Origin: a virus
Taxonomy: Duplodnaviria > Heunggongvirae > Uroviricota > Caudoviricetes
Virus record (IMG/VR): IMGVR_UViG_2799113139_000004
Length of the DNA: 64,000 bases
Reading direction: 5' to 3' (one strand)
The notes beneath the pieces are model-generated. The model saw only the letters and a list, made by a program, of their open reading frames with translations. It searched no databases and was not told the DNA's origin. Shown piece by piece: positions 45,797 through 55,445 of this stretch. A program made the position numbers and the translations under genes. Every line of letters starts with the position of its first letter. Within the stretch, counting starts at the first letter, position 1.

Positions 45797-48403
45797 ATGA
45801 CGCAGCCTGACGGATTCAATCCAGACCAGGCAGCCAACTACGACAGCTTGGCCGATTGGGCGGCCATGACTGAAGCCGACTGGCGCACGAAGTACAACGC
45901 GCCCTATCAGTCGGCGATAGACAAGTTCACGGGTGGATTCTTCGGTGGTCTGCCGACGAACATGCCGCACAGCCTGGCGATGCTGACAGCGCTGGTACGG
46001 AGGCTCATCGGCAACCCGTCGATCACGTTCCCAACCCCAGAACAAGCGCTCGATGCGCTGTTCCAGATTCCGATCATCGGTGACATCGCCGAAGTCATCA
46101 TGACTGTTCTCAAGGATGCACCGCTCAACGCGGCCAACCTGTTTGGACAGATCCTCCCGAACCGTCTCGGCGCGATACCGCTCGCGCAGGTGGTTGATAT
46201 CAACCCGGAGCTGCTGACCAATCCGCACTTCGAAGGTGTGGAATCAATGTCAGGCCAGAGTATCTGGTTCTGGGATGACACCGAAGGGCACGGCGAACCA
46301 GGTTGCGCGCGAACTGAAGCTGACGGCACCGAGAAGGAACTTCTCTCCAACTACATCACGGTTGCGCCGGGCCAGAAGCTACGCGCGTTCACCTGGGCCA
46401 AGTGGTCTGGGCTCGTCGCCTCGGGCAACGCCATCACATTGCAGTTCGCGATGTACGACGCCAACGGCGCGCCACTCGGGGCGCTCGATGTCGACCATTT
46501 CACGGCACCCACCGGCACACATGGTTGGTCCCAAATCGTCGGCACGGTAACGATTCCGGCGAATGTGTTCGCGGTTCGCCTGCGGTTGTGTGTCAAGGCG
46601 GATGCGCTCGCGGGCACGATCTGGTTTGACGACGGCTCGGTCAAGGCCACCGACGTCCCGACGTGGCTTGCCGACGCGTGGGACCGCGTACAGCAGGTCG
46701 TCAACTCCGCGTGGACCGCGATCACCGGGCTACCCGCCGCTGTGGACAAGACGCTGGCCGAGCTGATTCACGCCTTGCAAAACATCCCGCAGATCAACGT
46801 CATCGGTCTACCCCTCTTGCAGACGGTGCAGAACCAGATCAACGACGTACTTGCGGGAAACATAGTGACGCCGATCAACCAGGTCGTGCAGGACGTCAAA
46901 GACTGGTTCGCTGGTTTGGGCCAGCAGGTTCAGCACCTGACCAGCTCGGGCACGCTGTCGCCGATACACGTCGGCAGTCCCGTTGGCGGTACGAGCCTCG
47001 GCTCGGACTTCGGCAAGGTGATGGACGGCTTCTGGAACGTCATCTTCGGTGACACCGCCACAGGTAAGAATACCGACGATTTCGCGACGGCTACAGCGGC
47101 TCTCAAGCAGACTGCCGACGACGCCAAAGCCGCAGCGATCTACGCCTCCGACCTGATCAACCTCCCTCGTAGATCTCCGCGCTGGTTGAGCACGGGTACC
47201 CACGATGACGTCTCGTTCCCGATCATAAACGCGACTTCGACATTCACCCCGGCGCTCGGCAAGTTGGTGCTGATCCCGATTACGCCCGATGTCGCCCGCG
47301 TCTATAAGTCCGCGAAGATCGGCATCACCGGCACGACCATGACGCAGTTGTTCGTTGGGATATACCGCATCGACTCGGGCGGCATCATCGTGCTCGACAC
47401 CAATCTTGGAAACGTAAAGTCAAGTGTCACAGCGTCAAAGGTGCAGACGTTCGCGATTCCTGACCCGTACTTAGCTGTTGATCGCGGCGAGACGGTGTTC
47501 ATCGGAGCGCTACAGGTTGGCGGCACCGCGGCCCCAATACTGACCAACAACGCGATGCTGTCGGTGCTCGAATCTGTTCAGCCGGTGCCGTTGTTCTTCA
47601 CGCAGGACGGCGGCGGGTCACTGAGTTCTCTGCCGTCATCGGTGGGAACTTCGGTCGAACTTAATCCCGCATGGGGCGCTCTCGGTGAGGTCCTGATCGA
47701 AAGCCAGTGGACTGACTTCAATTACACCGGAGGCCCAGGATATTCCGGCCAGTGGTTCACCTACACGATCCCGTCAACGAGCAGGTACCTCTACCTGGTC
47801 GGACTCGGCGCGGGTGGTGCCGGCGGTGGCGGCGACGGTGGTGCTGGGTACTCGGGCGAAGGTGGTCGTGCCGGCCAGTGGGTCGCGAAACGCATTGAGC
47901 GCGGCGTCGATATCGACTGGGGTGTCACGACTCTCAGTGTTCTTGTCACCAACGGCGGTATCTACACCGAGAAGGAAACGGCCGGTGGCCCAGGTGGTGG
48001 TTCTAACCGGACCTACAACTGGTATCACACCACCACGACTAACGGGTTCCCCCGATACGCCTCCGGTATTGCTCTGAGCCGAAACGATTCGCAGCTCTAC
48101 TACGCGAATGCGGACACTCCTCCGAGCGGCACCCAGCCGCTCCTACTAGCTCCGTCTGGTAACGGCGGTCGCGGTTCTTGGTTCAACGGAGCATTTACCC
48201 CCGATGGTCAATCTCCGGGCAACTTCGCCTTCGGTGGACGTCTATTCATCGGCGCGGCAGCGATACCCGGTACGCCACCCGGTGTGGGGGCGGACTCTGC
48301 CGGGATTGGTGGCGGTGGGCAAGGTGGCCACGGCGGTTCGGGTGGTAACGGAACAAGGGGTGGCGCTGGTTCACCCGGACTGGTCGCGATCAAGGCCGTC
48401 TGA
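45797..48403 (+). CDS. Minor tail protein with Gly-rich C-terminal domain
   Basis: 868 aa; the C-terminal Gly-rich module (GLGAGGAGGGGDGGAGYSGEGGRAGQWV ... GVDIDWGVTTLSV) is paralogous to the C-terminus of the next gene. Confidence 0.6.
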   Translation: MTQPDGFNPDQAANYDSLADWAAMTEADWRTKYNAPYQSAIDKFTGGFFGGLPTNMPHSLAMLTALVRRLIGNPSITFPTPEQALDALFQIPIIGDIAEVIMTVLKDAPLNAANLFGQILPNRLGAIPLAQVVDINPELLTNPHFEGVESMSGQSIWFWDDTEGHGEPGCARTEADGTEKELLSNYITVAPGQKLRAFTWAKWSGLVASGNAITLQFAMYDANGAPLGALDVDHFTAPTGTHGWSQIVGTVTIPANVFAVRLRLCVKADALAGTIWFDDGSVKATDVPTWLADAWDRVQQVVNSAWTAITGLPAAVDKTLAELIHALQNIPQINVIGLPLLQTVQNQINDVLAGNIVTPINQVVQDVKDWFAGLGQQVQHLTSSGTLSPIHVGSPVGGTSLGSDFGKVMDGFWNVIFGDTATGKNTDDFATATAALKQTADDAKAAAIYASDLINLPRRSPRWLSTGTHDDVSFPIINATSTFTPALGKLVLIPITPDVARVYKSAKIGITGTTMTQLFVGIYRIDSGGIIVLDTNLGNVKSSVTASKVQTFAIPDPYLAVDRGETVFIGALQVGGTAAPILTNNAMLSVLESVQPVPLFFTQDGGGSLSSLPSSVGTSVELNPAWGALGEVLIESQWTDFNYTGGPGYSGQWFTYTIPSTSRYLYLVGLGAGGAGGGGDGGAGYSGEGGRAGQWVAKRIERGVDIDWGVTTLSVLVTNGGIYTEKETAGGPGGGSNRTYNWYHTTTTNGFPRYASGIALSRNDSQLYYANADTPPSGTQPLLLAPSGNGGRGSWFNGAFTPDGQSPGNFAFGGRLFIGAAAIPGTPPGVGADSAGIGGGGQGGHGGSGGNGTRGGAGSPGLVAIKAV

Positions 48404-49830
48404 TGACTGCGCCGTGGAACCCCAACCCTGGCTGGTTCGAGATTCCGCCATCGGTCACGCCGCAACCCGTTCTGGGTTGGTGGGCTGTTCAGCACGACGG
48501 TGGATACCTGAACGCCGAAGGCACCCTGACATCAGAGGCGTACGCGAAGACGCCCGCGACCGTCGCTCTCAGCGGTGACGGACAACTCACGAGTGCCGCC
48601 TACGCGAAAACCCCTGCCGCTGCGCCACTATCGGGCGCAGGAGAGCTGTCTAGCCAGGCGTACGCAATCGTTCCGGCGGCCGTGGCACTCTCGGGTCAAG
48701 GCGTGTTGTCGGCCGCAGCGTTCGAGAAGTATCTACGCATGGTCGGGTTGTCCGGCTCCGGTGCGCTGACCGCAGCAGCGATCCAGCAGTTCTTGGCCGT
48801 CGCAGGATTCACTGGGTTCGGTGCACTGACAGCGCAGACTTTCGAGAAGTACACCCGCGCAGCGAATCTCGGTGGTGCCGGTGTGTTGTCGAGCGCTGCC
48901 TATGCCATTGTTCCTGGCGCAGCGCTGCTTTCAGGGCTTGGCGTCCTGTCGTCGGCGGCCTATGCGATCGTGCCCGCCGCGTCGAACCTGGCCGGCTCTG
49001 GAGCGCTGAGCGCCGCGGCGAAAGAGCAGTATCGGTCGCCGGTCAACATGCAGGGCTCGGGTGCTCTCTCGGTGGCGGCGATCCAGCAGTTCAGCTCGGC
49101 GGCAGCTTTTTCCGGTAGCGGCACCCTGGCAGCCATCGTCGGCTCGAAGTATCTGCGCGACGTCAATCTATCCAGTCTCGGTGTGCTTTCAACTTCGAAC
49201 GTGTACGCGATCGTGCCGGCCGCGGTGCCGCTAGGCGCGCTCGGAACACTGGCCGTAACAGCGGCATTTCCACCCAATTCGCCTGCACCCGCGATGTTTT
49301 CAAATTCGGGTACATACACGATCCCCTGGTGGAGCCGCGCCATCGATGTCATCCTCATCGGCGGCGGTGGCGGGGGTGGTAACGGCTCACTGTTTCTACC
49401 AGGAAACGGTGGTGCTGCCGGTTCGTGGCAGGTCGTCACCCTCGTACGCGGTGTCGATATCCCATGGAGCGCAGAGACAATCACTGTCACCGTGGGTGCA
49501 GCGGGAGCACGCGGTGAGGCTAACTCTCCCAGTAGTGGTGCCAATGACGGCGGACCCGGAGGGAACACGGTCATCGTTTGTGGTGCCTACACGTTGACCG
49601 CCAATGGCGGTGCGGGTGGTACCGGCTGGGGCAACGGCACCCGAAATGGTGCAACGCCTTCGCCGACAAGCCAATCCCGCAACAGCCAGACCTACAACGC
49701 CGGTTCTGGTGGTTCGGGTGTCGGCGGTGAGCCTGGCGCTGGCGGTGCCAGTCAGCAGGGAACTTTCACCGGCAATAACCCCGGCTTCGCAGGCGGCAAA
49801 GGCCGCGCGTGGTTCTACGCCTACCAGTAA
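48403..49830 (+). CDS. Minor tail (fibre-like) protein with 12 tandem 20-aa repeats and Gly-rich C-terminal domain
   Basis: Repeats of consensus AYAIVPAAxxLSGxGxLSxA, then GGGGGGGNGSLFLPGNGGAAGSWQV ... GVDIPWSAETITV. Confidence 0.6.
   Translation: MTAPWNPNPGWFEIPPSVTPQPVLGWWAVQHDGGYLNAEGTLTSEAYAKTPATVALSGDGQLTSAAYAKTPAAAPLSGAGELSSQAYAIVPAAVALSGQGVLSAAAFEKYLRMVGLSGSGALTAAAIQQFLAVAGFTGFGALTAQTFEKYTRAANLGGAGVLSSAAYAIVPGAALLSGLGVLSSAAYAIVPAASNLAGSGALSAAAKEQYRSPVNMQGSGALSVAAIQQFSSAAAFSGSGTLAAIVGSKYLRDVNLSSLGVLSTSNVYAIVPAAVPLGALGTLAVTAAFPPNSPAPAMFSNSGTYTIPWWSRAIDVILIGGGGGGGNGSLFLPGNGGAAGSWQVVTLVRGVDIPWSAETITVTVGAAGARGEANSPSSGANDGGPGGNTVIVCGAYTLTANGGAGGTGWGNGTRNGATPSPTSQSRNSQTYNAGSGGSGVGGEPGAGGASQQGTFTGNNPGFAGGKGRAWFYAYQ
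48535..49260 (+). repeat. About 12 tandem 60-bp in-frame repeats inside the minor tail gene
   Basis: The peptide repeat AYAKTPA..LSGDGQLTSA recurs with variation 12 times. Confidence 0.6.
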
Positions 49831-49866
49831 AGGCGTTTCACCCCTACAGAGAAGGGAATCGCCGTC

Positions 49867-50211
49867 ATGGCAATCGCGATAGCAACATCTCGACAGGCGC
49901 TCGCCGACACTTACAAGACGCTCGGAGCCTATTTCGGTCTATGCACCGGAAACCCTGGCACCACGTCAACCCCGGCGAATGAGACCAGCGGCAGCGGCTA
50001 CGGCCGCATTCAGTCCACCTGGACTAGTGCAACCGGCGGTGTCGTCAATGGCTCCGCGGTGACGATCAACGCTGGCGCGGGTACATACACGCACACACCG
50101 CTCTGCTCGGCGTCCACCGGCAACAACATGATCGACTGGGCTGCAATAGTGTCCACGATTCTGTCAGCAGCCGGGCAGATCGTATTGACCCCCACGTTCA
50201 CCCAGAGCTGA
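49867..50211 (+). CDS. Minor tail protein candidate
   Basis: Synteny; Gly/Thr/Ser-rich. Confidence 0.4.
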   Translation: MAIAIATSRQALADTYKTLGAYFGLCTGNPGTTSTPANETSGSGYGRIQSTWTSATGGVVNGSAVTINAGAGTYTHTPLCSASTGNNMIDWAAIVSTILSAAGQIVLTPTFTQS

Positions 50212-50558
50212 TGACTGACGTCGCCGCTGACGGCGTTCTAGGGGTACGCGTCTGGCCGACCTACGTCGGGCTGGGCACAGTAAATCCGGTCACTGGCCTC
50301 GCGGAAGAGCCGGATGGTGAGTATGCGCGAGGTCAAATCGACTGGGAGACAGGCCTAAACGGCGAGCCACGTGGACGCTCGCGGATTCTCACACCGGCTG
50401 GCCAGTACACGCACCTGATCTACGCGCAGGCGCCACAAGGCGCGCTGTCGGTGGTGAAGCTCAAGAAGCTGGAGCAACCGCTATGTCTACCAGCGGCTCT
50501 CGGTGTCGATGTCACCGACATCACGAACGAAACCATCGAGGGGAAGTTACTGACGTGA
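50211..50558 (+). CDS. Hypothetical protein
   Basis: ATGA overlap; 115 aa. Confidence 0.4.
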   Translation: MTDVAADGVLGVRVWPTYVGLGTVNPVTGLAEEPDGEYARGQIDWETGLNGEPRGRSRILTPAGQYTHLIYAQAPQGALSVVKLKKLEQPLCLPAALGVDVTDITNETIEGKLLT

Positions 50559-50677
50559 AGTACACCCCGCTCTACGCCGTCGCCGCGGTGTTCGGGTTCC
50601 TACTCGGTTGGCGCGCATCGGACTGGCTGTCTACGTTCGCGGACGAGTATGACCCACGCGTCGAAGGGCGCTGGTGA
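50555..50677 (+). CDS. Small membrane protein (40 aa)
   Basis: GTG overlaps the upstream stop; TM helix (LYAVAAVFGFLLGW). Confidence 0.3.
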   Translation: MKYTPLYAVAAVFGFLLGWRASDWLSTFADEYDPRVEGRW

Positions 50678-50949
50678 TGGGCATCTTGGATAAATGGCGT
50701 CGCGAGCTGTTCGAAGAGATCGGCGAACGGGTCGCTGCCGTGGTTCGCGAATTGCTGACCAAATTCTTCGATGGCACCCGCGACGATCTGAAACAGATTG
50801 TGCGGGAGACCCTGCCGACAAAAGATGAGATCACCGGCGCGATAGATCGCATCACTGACGCGATACCTGGTGCACTCGATGATCGCGTGATCGACGGACT
50901 GGTCGGCAAGATCATTGCGCGCATCCCGTTCCTTGGCGGTAGCCGATGA
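50674..50949 (+). CDS. Hypothetical protein
   Basis: 91 aa; precedes the Lysin A gene. Confidence 0.4.
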   Translation: MMGILDKWRRELFEEIGERVAAVVRELLTKFFDGTRDDLKQIVRETLPTKDEITGAIDRITDAIPGALDDRVIDGLVGKIIARIPFLGGSR

Positions 50950-52388
50950 GCTTCGTATGGCTGGCCGACAAACCGCTTCGGTCGCGTGAAGAGATCGCTC
51001 AGATTGTTCACGCGGTGTCCCTTGCACGCGGTCTCGATGAACTCGCGAGCGCGATGGTTCTGATGTGCATCGACGTCGAGGTCGGCGCAAACGACCGCAA
51101 CGGCAAGCGCCAGTGGTGGTGCCCGTGGAACGCGAAAGATCCTTCTTCGCAGAAGTTTCCGCACGACTCGGAATCTAACGACGGCCGCTCGGTCGGCTAC
51201 TTCCAGCAGCAGAACGGCCGTGCCGGTGAAGTGCTGCCGGTTGACGACCGTGATAACTGGTGGGGATCGATGACGTCGCGCATGACACTGGCGCTTGCCG
51301 CGGACACGTTCTTAGATCGGCTGAGCGACGACTATCGTGGCGCGGCTGACAACCCCGCGCTGGCTGGCCAGTTCGTGCAGCGCGTGCAGGGCTCAGCGTT
51401 TCCAGATCGCTACGCACAGAGCTGGAATGAAGCCTGGTCGGTGCTACGTCGCGCGCTTGATGGCACTACTGAGCCGAGCGAACCGGGCGTGCTGACGCCG
51501 ACACCTGGATTCAGCGGCGACCCGTTCTGGCTGGCCGACGTGCTGCGCGCCGAGGGTCTGAACGTCGTTGAGATGGACGGCTGGCGTGAGCGCGGCGAGG
51601 GCGATCAGGGCGTGCTCTGGGGCGCGGTCTTCCACCACACCGGGAACGTCAACGAGACACCCGAGGGTATCGCGTTCCACCCCGACCTGGGGCTTGCCGC
51701 GCATCTGCTGATTCGGCCAGACGGGACGGTCTGGGTCTGTGGCATCGGTATGGCGAACCACGCCGGTGTGGGGTCGTGGCCGGGTATTCGAACCGACAAC
51801 GCCAACCCGGTGACCATCGGCGTTGAGGTGGCCATCCTGCCGGAAAAGGACGCACCGCACCGAACCGGCTGGCCCGCCGTGCAATACGACGCCACCGTCA
51901 AGACGTTCGCGGCCATCTTGCGAAAGCTCGCGCTCGGCTCAGACCGCGCGATCTCCCACAAGGAATGGGCACAGCTCGGCCCAGCCGGTTACCGGCAGGG
52001 CAAGTGGGACCCCGGCGCGATCGACATGAACATCTTCCGCGCCGACGTTCAGGCGCAAATCGGTTCCAACACTGGAGGTTTCCTGATGGCACTGTCTGAC
52101 ACCGAACAGCGCGAGATCCTGTCCTTCGTACGCGAAATGAAGACGCAGGTCGCTTCGCTCTCACCGTTCCGTCATCTCGGCGAAGAGGCGGCCAACAACA
52201 TCCCTGGCTTCGTGCGTGTGATCGATGCGAACTCACACGTCGAGATCGTCGAGAAGCTGGCCGGATACGGCGACCAAGGCGCGTTGGCGCTTCTGCATGA
52301 GATCGCCGACGCCGACCTAGAGCGCTACCCGGATCGACGCAACGACGCCGAGCTGGCACGCCGGGTGCTCGCGAAGGTGGCGAAATGA
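50946..52388 (+). CDS. Lysin A (endolysin with amidase_2/PGRP domain)
   Basis: N-acetylmuramoyl-L-alanine amidase-like segment (VFHHTGNVNETPEGIAFHPDLG ... GMANHAGVG) and an N-terminal peptidase-like region. Confidence 0.75.
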   Translation: MSFVWLADKPLRSREEIAQIVHAVSLARGLDELASAMVLMCIDVEVGANDRNGKRQWWCPWNAKDPSSQKFPHDSESNDGRSVGYFQQQNGRAGEVLPVDDRDNWWGSMTSRMTLALAADTFLDRLSDDYRGAADNPALAGQFVQRVQGSAFPDRYAQSWNEAWSVLRRALDGTTEPSEPGVLTPTPGFSGDPFWLADVLRAEGLNVVEMDGWRERGEGDQGVLWGAVFHHTGNVNETPEGIAFHPDLGLAAHLLIRPDGTVWVCGIGMANHAGVGSWPGIRTDNANPVTIGVEVAILPEKDAPHRTGWPAVQYDATVKTFAAILRKLALGSDRAISHKEWAQLGPAGYRQGKWDPGAIDMNIFRADVQAQIGSNTGGFLMALSDTEQREILSFVREMKTQVASLSPFRHLGEEAANNIPGFVRVIDANSHVEIVEKLAGYGDQGALALLHEIADADLERYPDRRNDAELARRVLAKVAK

Positions 52389-53458
52389 TCGTCAGCGGGC
52401 AGTTCGTCGGATACGGGCGCGGCGACACCGGCCCGGAGGTTGAGCGTGTCCGGTACTACCTCACAGAGAAGTTCGCATGGGCCCGCGCAATGGGCATCAC
52501 CCATGGTGATGTCTTCGATGAGCTGACCGAGAAGGTTCTGATCCGGTTCCAGATCATCGTCGGACTACCAGCAACCGGCATCGCCAACTACGCGACCAGG
52601 CTTCGCCTCTACGGGCTGAAACCGACACCCTGGCAACGCATCACGGTCTACACATTCGCCGGCACCTGGTCCGCTTCAGACTGGGGCATTCAGGCCGACG
52701 TAGCGCGAGGCCTCGACGCATCCTTCTTCACGTGGGTACCCGTCGAGTATCCGGCCAGCTTCGGCCCGATACCTGGCGGCCCATCCGCCGGCGGTGGTGC
52801 ACCGTCCTATCAGGAGTCTGTCGCTGCGGCTGTCTCGACCGGGATTCGTCAGGTCAACAACACGCCGGGCAAGCTCATGATCGGTGGCTACTCGCAGGGT
52901 GGGGAAGCAGCCTCGCTGCTGCTCAAGGAAATCCTCGGTGGATCGCTGACGCATCGGCGCGGCGATCTGGTCGGCGGGTACACCTTCGGCAACCCCAGTC
53001 GCGAGGCCAACCACACGTGGCCCGGTGACAGTCTTCCCGGTCGTGGCATCTCGCCGAATCGCATCGTCGGCACGCCCTCGACCTGGCATGACTACGCGCA
53101 CGCGGGTGACATGTACACCGCGACGCCGAATGACGATGCAGGCGATGACATCACGGCCGTCTATTCGGTCCTGACGCGCTTGCAGATCCACGACCCGTGG
53201 GAGCTGGCTCAGAGCATCGTCGCCGCGCTCAAAGGTAAGGGCGGGCTCGTCGAGCAGATCACCGAGCTTCTTGGTAACCCGCTGCATCTCATCGATGCGG
53301 CTCGCGCCGCCGGTATCGCGCTCCAGTTCCTTGCATCCGGTCTGCGCGATCACGGCAACTACTGGGAAGACGACGTGATGGACGGTTCAGGACGCACGTC
53401 GGTACAGCACGCCATCGATTCGATGAACGCGTATGGCCGCAAAGCGCTTGCGGCGTAG
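52385..53458 (+). CDS. Lysin B (mycolylarabinogalactan esterase)
   Basis: N-terminal peptidoglycan-binding domain (VLIRFQIIVGLPATGIANYATRLRLYG) and the GxSxG serine esterase motif (GYSQGG). Confidence 0.75.
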   Translation: MIVSGQFVGYGRGDTGPEVERVRYYLTEKFAWARAMGITHGDVFDELTEKVLIRFQIIVGLPATGIANYATRLRLYGLKPTPWQRITVYTFAGTWSASDWGIQADVARGLDASFFTWVPVEYPASFGPIPGGPSAGGGAPSYQESVAAAVSTGIRQVNNTPGKLMIGGYSQGGEAASLLLKEILGGSLTHRRGDLVGGYTFGNPSREANHTWPGDSLPGRGISPNRIVGTPSTWHDYAHAGDMYTATPNDDAGDDITAVYSVLTRLQIHDPWELAQSIVAALKGKGGLVEQITELLGNPLHLIDAARAAGIALQFLASGLRDHGNYWEDDVMDGSGRTSVQHAIDSMNAYGRKALAA

Positions 53459-53479
53459 CAAGTTACGGAGGGAACGAGC

Positions 53480-53692
53480 ATGCCCAATCTGAATGAGAAG
53501 CTGTCTAACGAAGTGCGTCTCGGGCTGTATGTGGTGACGTTCGTCGCGTTGTTCGCGCTGGCTGCGGCCAATGTCATCGACCGGGATGCGGTTCCCGAGC
53601 TGCTTGAGCTTGCCGGTGGTCTGCTCGGCGTCAGCGTGGTCGGCGTGGCCGGCAGAGTGCTGCACGAGCAGAAGCGGGACGGGCTGCTGTAA
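53480..53692 (+). CDS. Holin
   Basis: 70 aa, two TM helices, charged C-terminus; follows the lysin genes. Confidence 0.6.
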   Translation: MPNLNEKLSNEVRLGLYVVTFVALFALAAANVIDRDAVPELLELAGGLLGVSVVGVAGRVLHEQKRDGLL

Positions 53693-54016
53693 ATGAACTT
53701 CAGCGGCATCGGTGCCGACAACTACCTGGATCTGGTCGCCTACGGCATCATCGCGTTCGCGTACGTCTGGTCACAACGACGAACGCGACACGACCTCGAA
53801 GCCATCCGCGGCCAGGTCCAGAACGGTCACAAGACTCCAATGAGGCTCGATCTCGATGAGGTGGCCAAAGACATCCGCGGTACGCGAAAAGATCTGGGCG
53901 ACTTGCGCGCTGAGATGCGAACCGGATTCCGCAACGTGCGCGAAGACCTTCACGCCGAGCGTGAAGAACGCATCGCGTCCGACAAGGCTCTGGCCGAAAG
54001 GCAGCGTGGAAAGTGA
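53693..54016 (+). CDS. Membrane protein (single TM; lysis-associated candidate)
   Basis: N-terminal TM (YLDLVAYGIIAFAYVW) and a charged coiled-coil tail. Confidence 0.4.
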   Translation: MNFSGIGADNYLDLVAYGIIAFAYVWSQRRTRHDLEAIRGQVQNGHKTPMRLDLDEVAKDIRGTRKDLGDLRAEMRTGFRNVREDLHAEREERIASDKALAERQRGK

Positions 54017-54333
54017 TCGGCAACGTCGCGATCGTTGATCGCATCAACCTGATTCAAGGCCAGGACCTCGCGCACCGCTGGGACGTGCCGGAAGGTGACG
54101 AGCTACCGGCAGGCACGACCGTCACGCTGTACATCTACAGTCACAACTTCAGTGAGACGCTTGGAGTCTGGCCCGCGATAGACGTTGACCCGCAAGGTGC
54201 GTCATTCTTTGTTCAGTCCAGCGATCTGGACCCGATTCCCATGGGTGCCCGGTTCCGCGTGTACATCACCTACCCGGCCGCACCACACCCGCGGCTGGTC
54301 TGGGTGCTCGGCTCGATCTCTCGACAGGGGTAG
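54013..54333 (+). CDS. Hypothetical protein
   Basis: GTG start overlapping the upstream stop. Confidence 0.35.
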   Translation: MIGNVAIVDRINLIQGQDLAHRWDVPEGDELPAGTTVTLYIYSHNFSETLGVWPAIDVDPQGASFFVQSSDLDPIPMGARFRVYITYPAAPHPRLVWVLGSISRQG

Positions 54334-54337
54334 TCAC

Positions 54338-54670
54338 ATGATGATCGAAGATCTTCTGAATCAGTTGTGCACCACACTGACTGGCGCATTCGACCTGGTT
54401 TCTGTCCACTCGGGTAATCCCGGCACGACCGGTGCAAACGAGATCCCCGATGTCACGCGCCAGGCCACAACCTGGCCGACCGCTGACGACGGTGAATCTA
54501 CCGCCGTCGTCACATTCCCTGGATTCGTTGGAACGGCAGCGTATCTCGGCTTCTGGAATGCCGGTCAGTTCGTCTGCTCGCGAGAGTTCGTCGCGACCTT
54601 CGACGTTGCGGCCGACTTGGTGATCGCGCTGAACGCATACGTCATGGAGCGCCAGGAGCGCGCAGCGTGA
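54338..54670 (+). CDS. Hypothetical protein
   Basis: ATG at 54338, five nt after the upstream TAG. Confidence 0.4.
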   Translation: MMIEDLLNQLCTTLTGAFDLVSVHSGNPGTTGANEIPDVTRQATTWPTADDGESTAVVTFPGFVGTAAYLGFWNAGQFVCSREFVATFDVAADLVIALNAYVMERQERAA

Positions 54671-55362
54671 CGCTGGTACGCGCGCCGAAGATGTTCACGC
54701 GTATGGTCGAGCCTCGGCCAGGTGTCCTGTCGCAGCCGATCAACGGCGTCGGCAAGGGGAGTTCGGCGGCCATCGAGGCGGGTGTCAGGATCACCGGCAA
54801 GGTATCGGTGACCGACGACTTCTCGACGCTGAACAAGTTCACGATGGTCTACGGTGGCCTGCCGTTCATCGGTGGCGATCCATTCATTGACACCGGCAAG
54901 CTCGCTGGTCACGGCGTGGTCCGTCACAGGGTACAGGCGTTGTCGGACAACGGTAAGGCGACTGCGGTTATCGGCTCGCTGGCATCGGGAAAGACGCGTC
55001 TGATGATCGACGCCGATCCGCTGTTCAACACGTTCTACGGTATCGAGGTCGAAACCGGCATCATCAACAACAAGCTGCACATCATCAAGGGGCGCGGCAA
55101 CGCGGCCACCGTGACCAAGCACGCGACTGTCAACGTGACCTGGGCGGCCAGTGATCAGGTGGCCGTCTGGTTCGATGAGGCAGCTGAGACGATTCGCGCT
55201 TACCGCAACGGCACGCAGATCAGCAGTCTTCCGGTGCGACGCAACGAGATCAGCCACGGGCCGGGGTTCCGTCATCACGGCGTGGCGGTCGGTGTTGACT
55301 TGTTCCTCGGGGTGATCAACGTCGGCGCGCTGTTCACGTCGTACGCCTTCGCGGACATGTAG
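54667..55362 (+). CDS. Hypothetical protein
   Basis: 231 aa; GTG overlap. Confidence 0.4.
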   Translation: MTLVRAPKMFTRMVEPRPGVLSQPINGVGKGSSAAIEAGVRITGKVSVTDDFSTLNKFTMVYGGLPFIGGDPFIDTGKLAGHGVVRHRVQALSDNGKATAVIGSLASGKTRLMIDADPLFNTFYGIEVETGIINNKLHIIKGRGNAATVTKHATVNVTWAASDQVAVWFDEAAETIRAYRNGTQISSLPVRRNEISHGPGFRHHGVAVGVDLFLGVINVGALFTSYAFADM

Positions 55363-55445
55363 AACCCGTAAACCTACGGGACTATGAGTGTCAACTACCG
55401 GCCTAGATTTGAACCCAGAGACCCCGACAACGCTCTGGAGTATCA

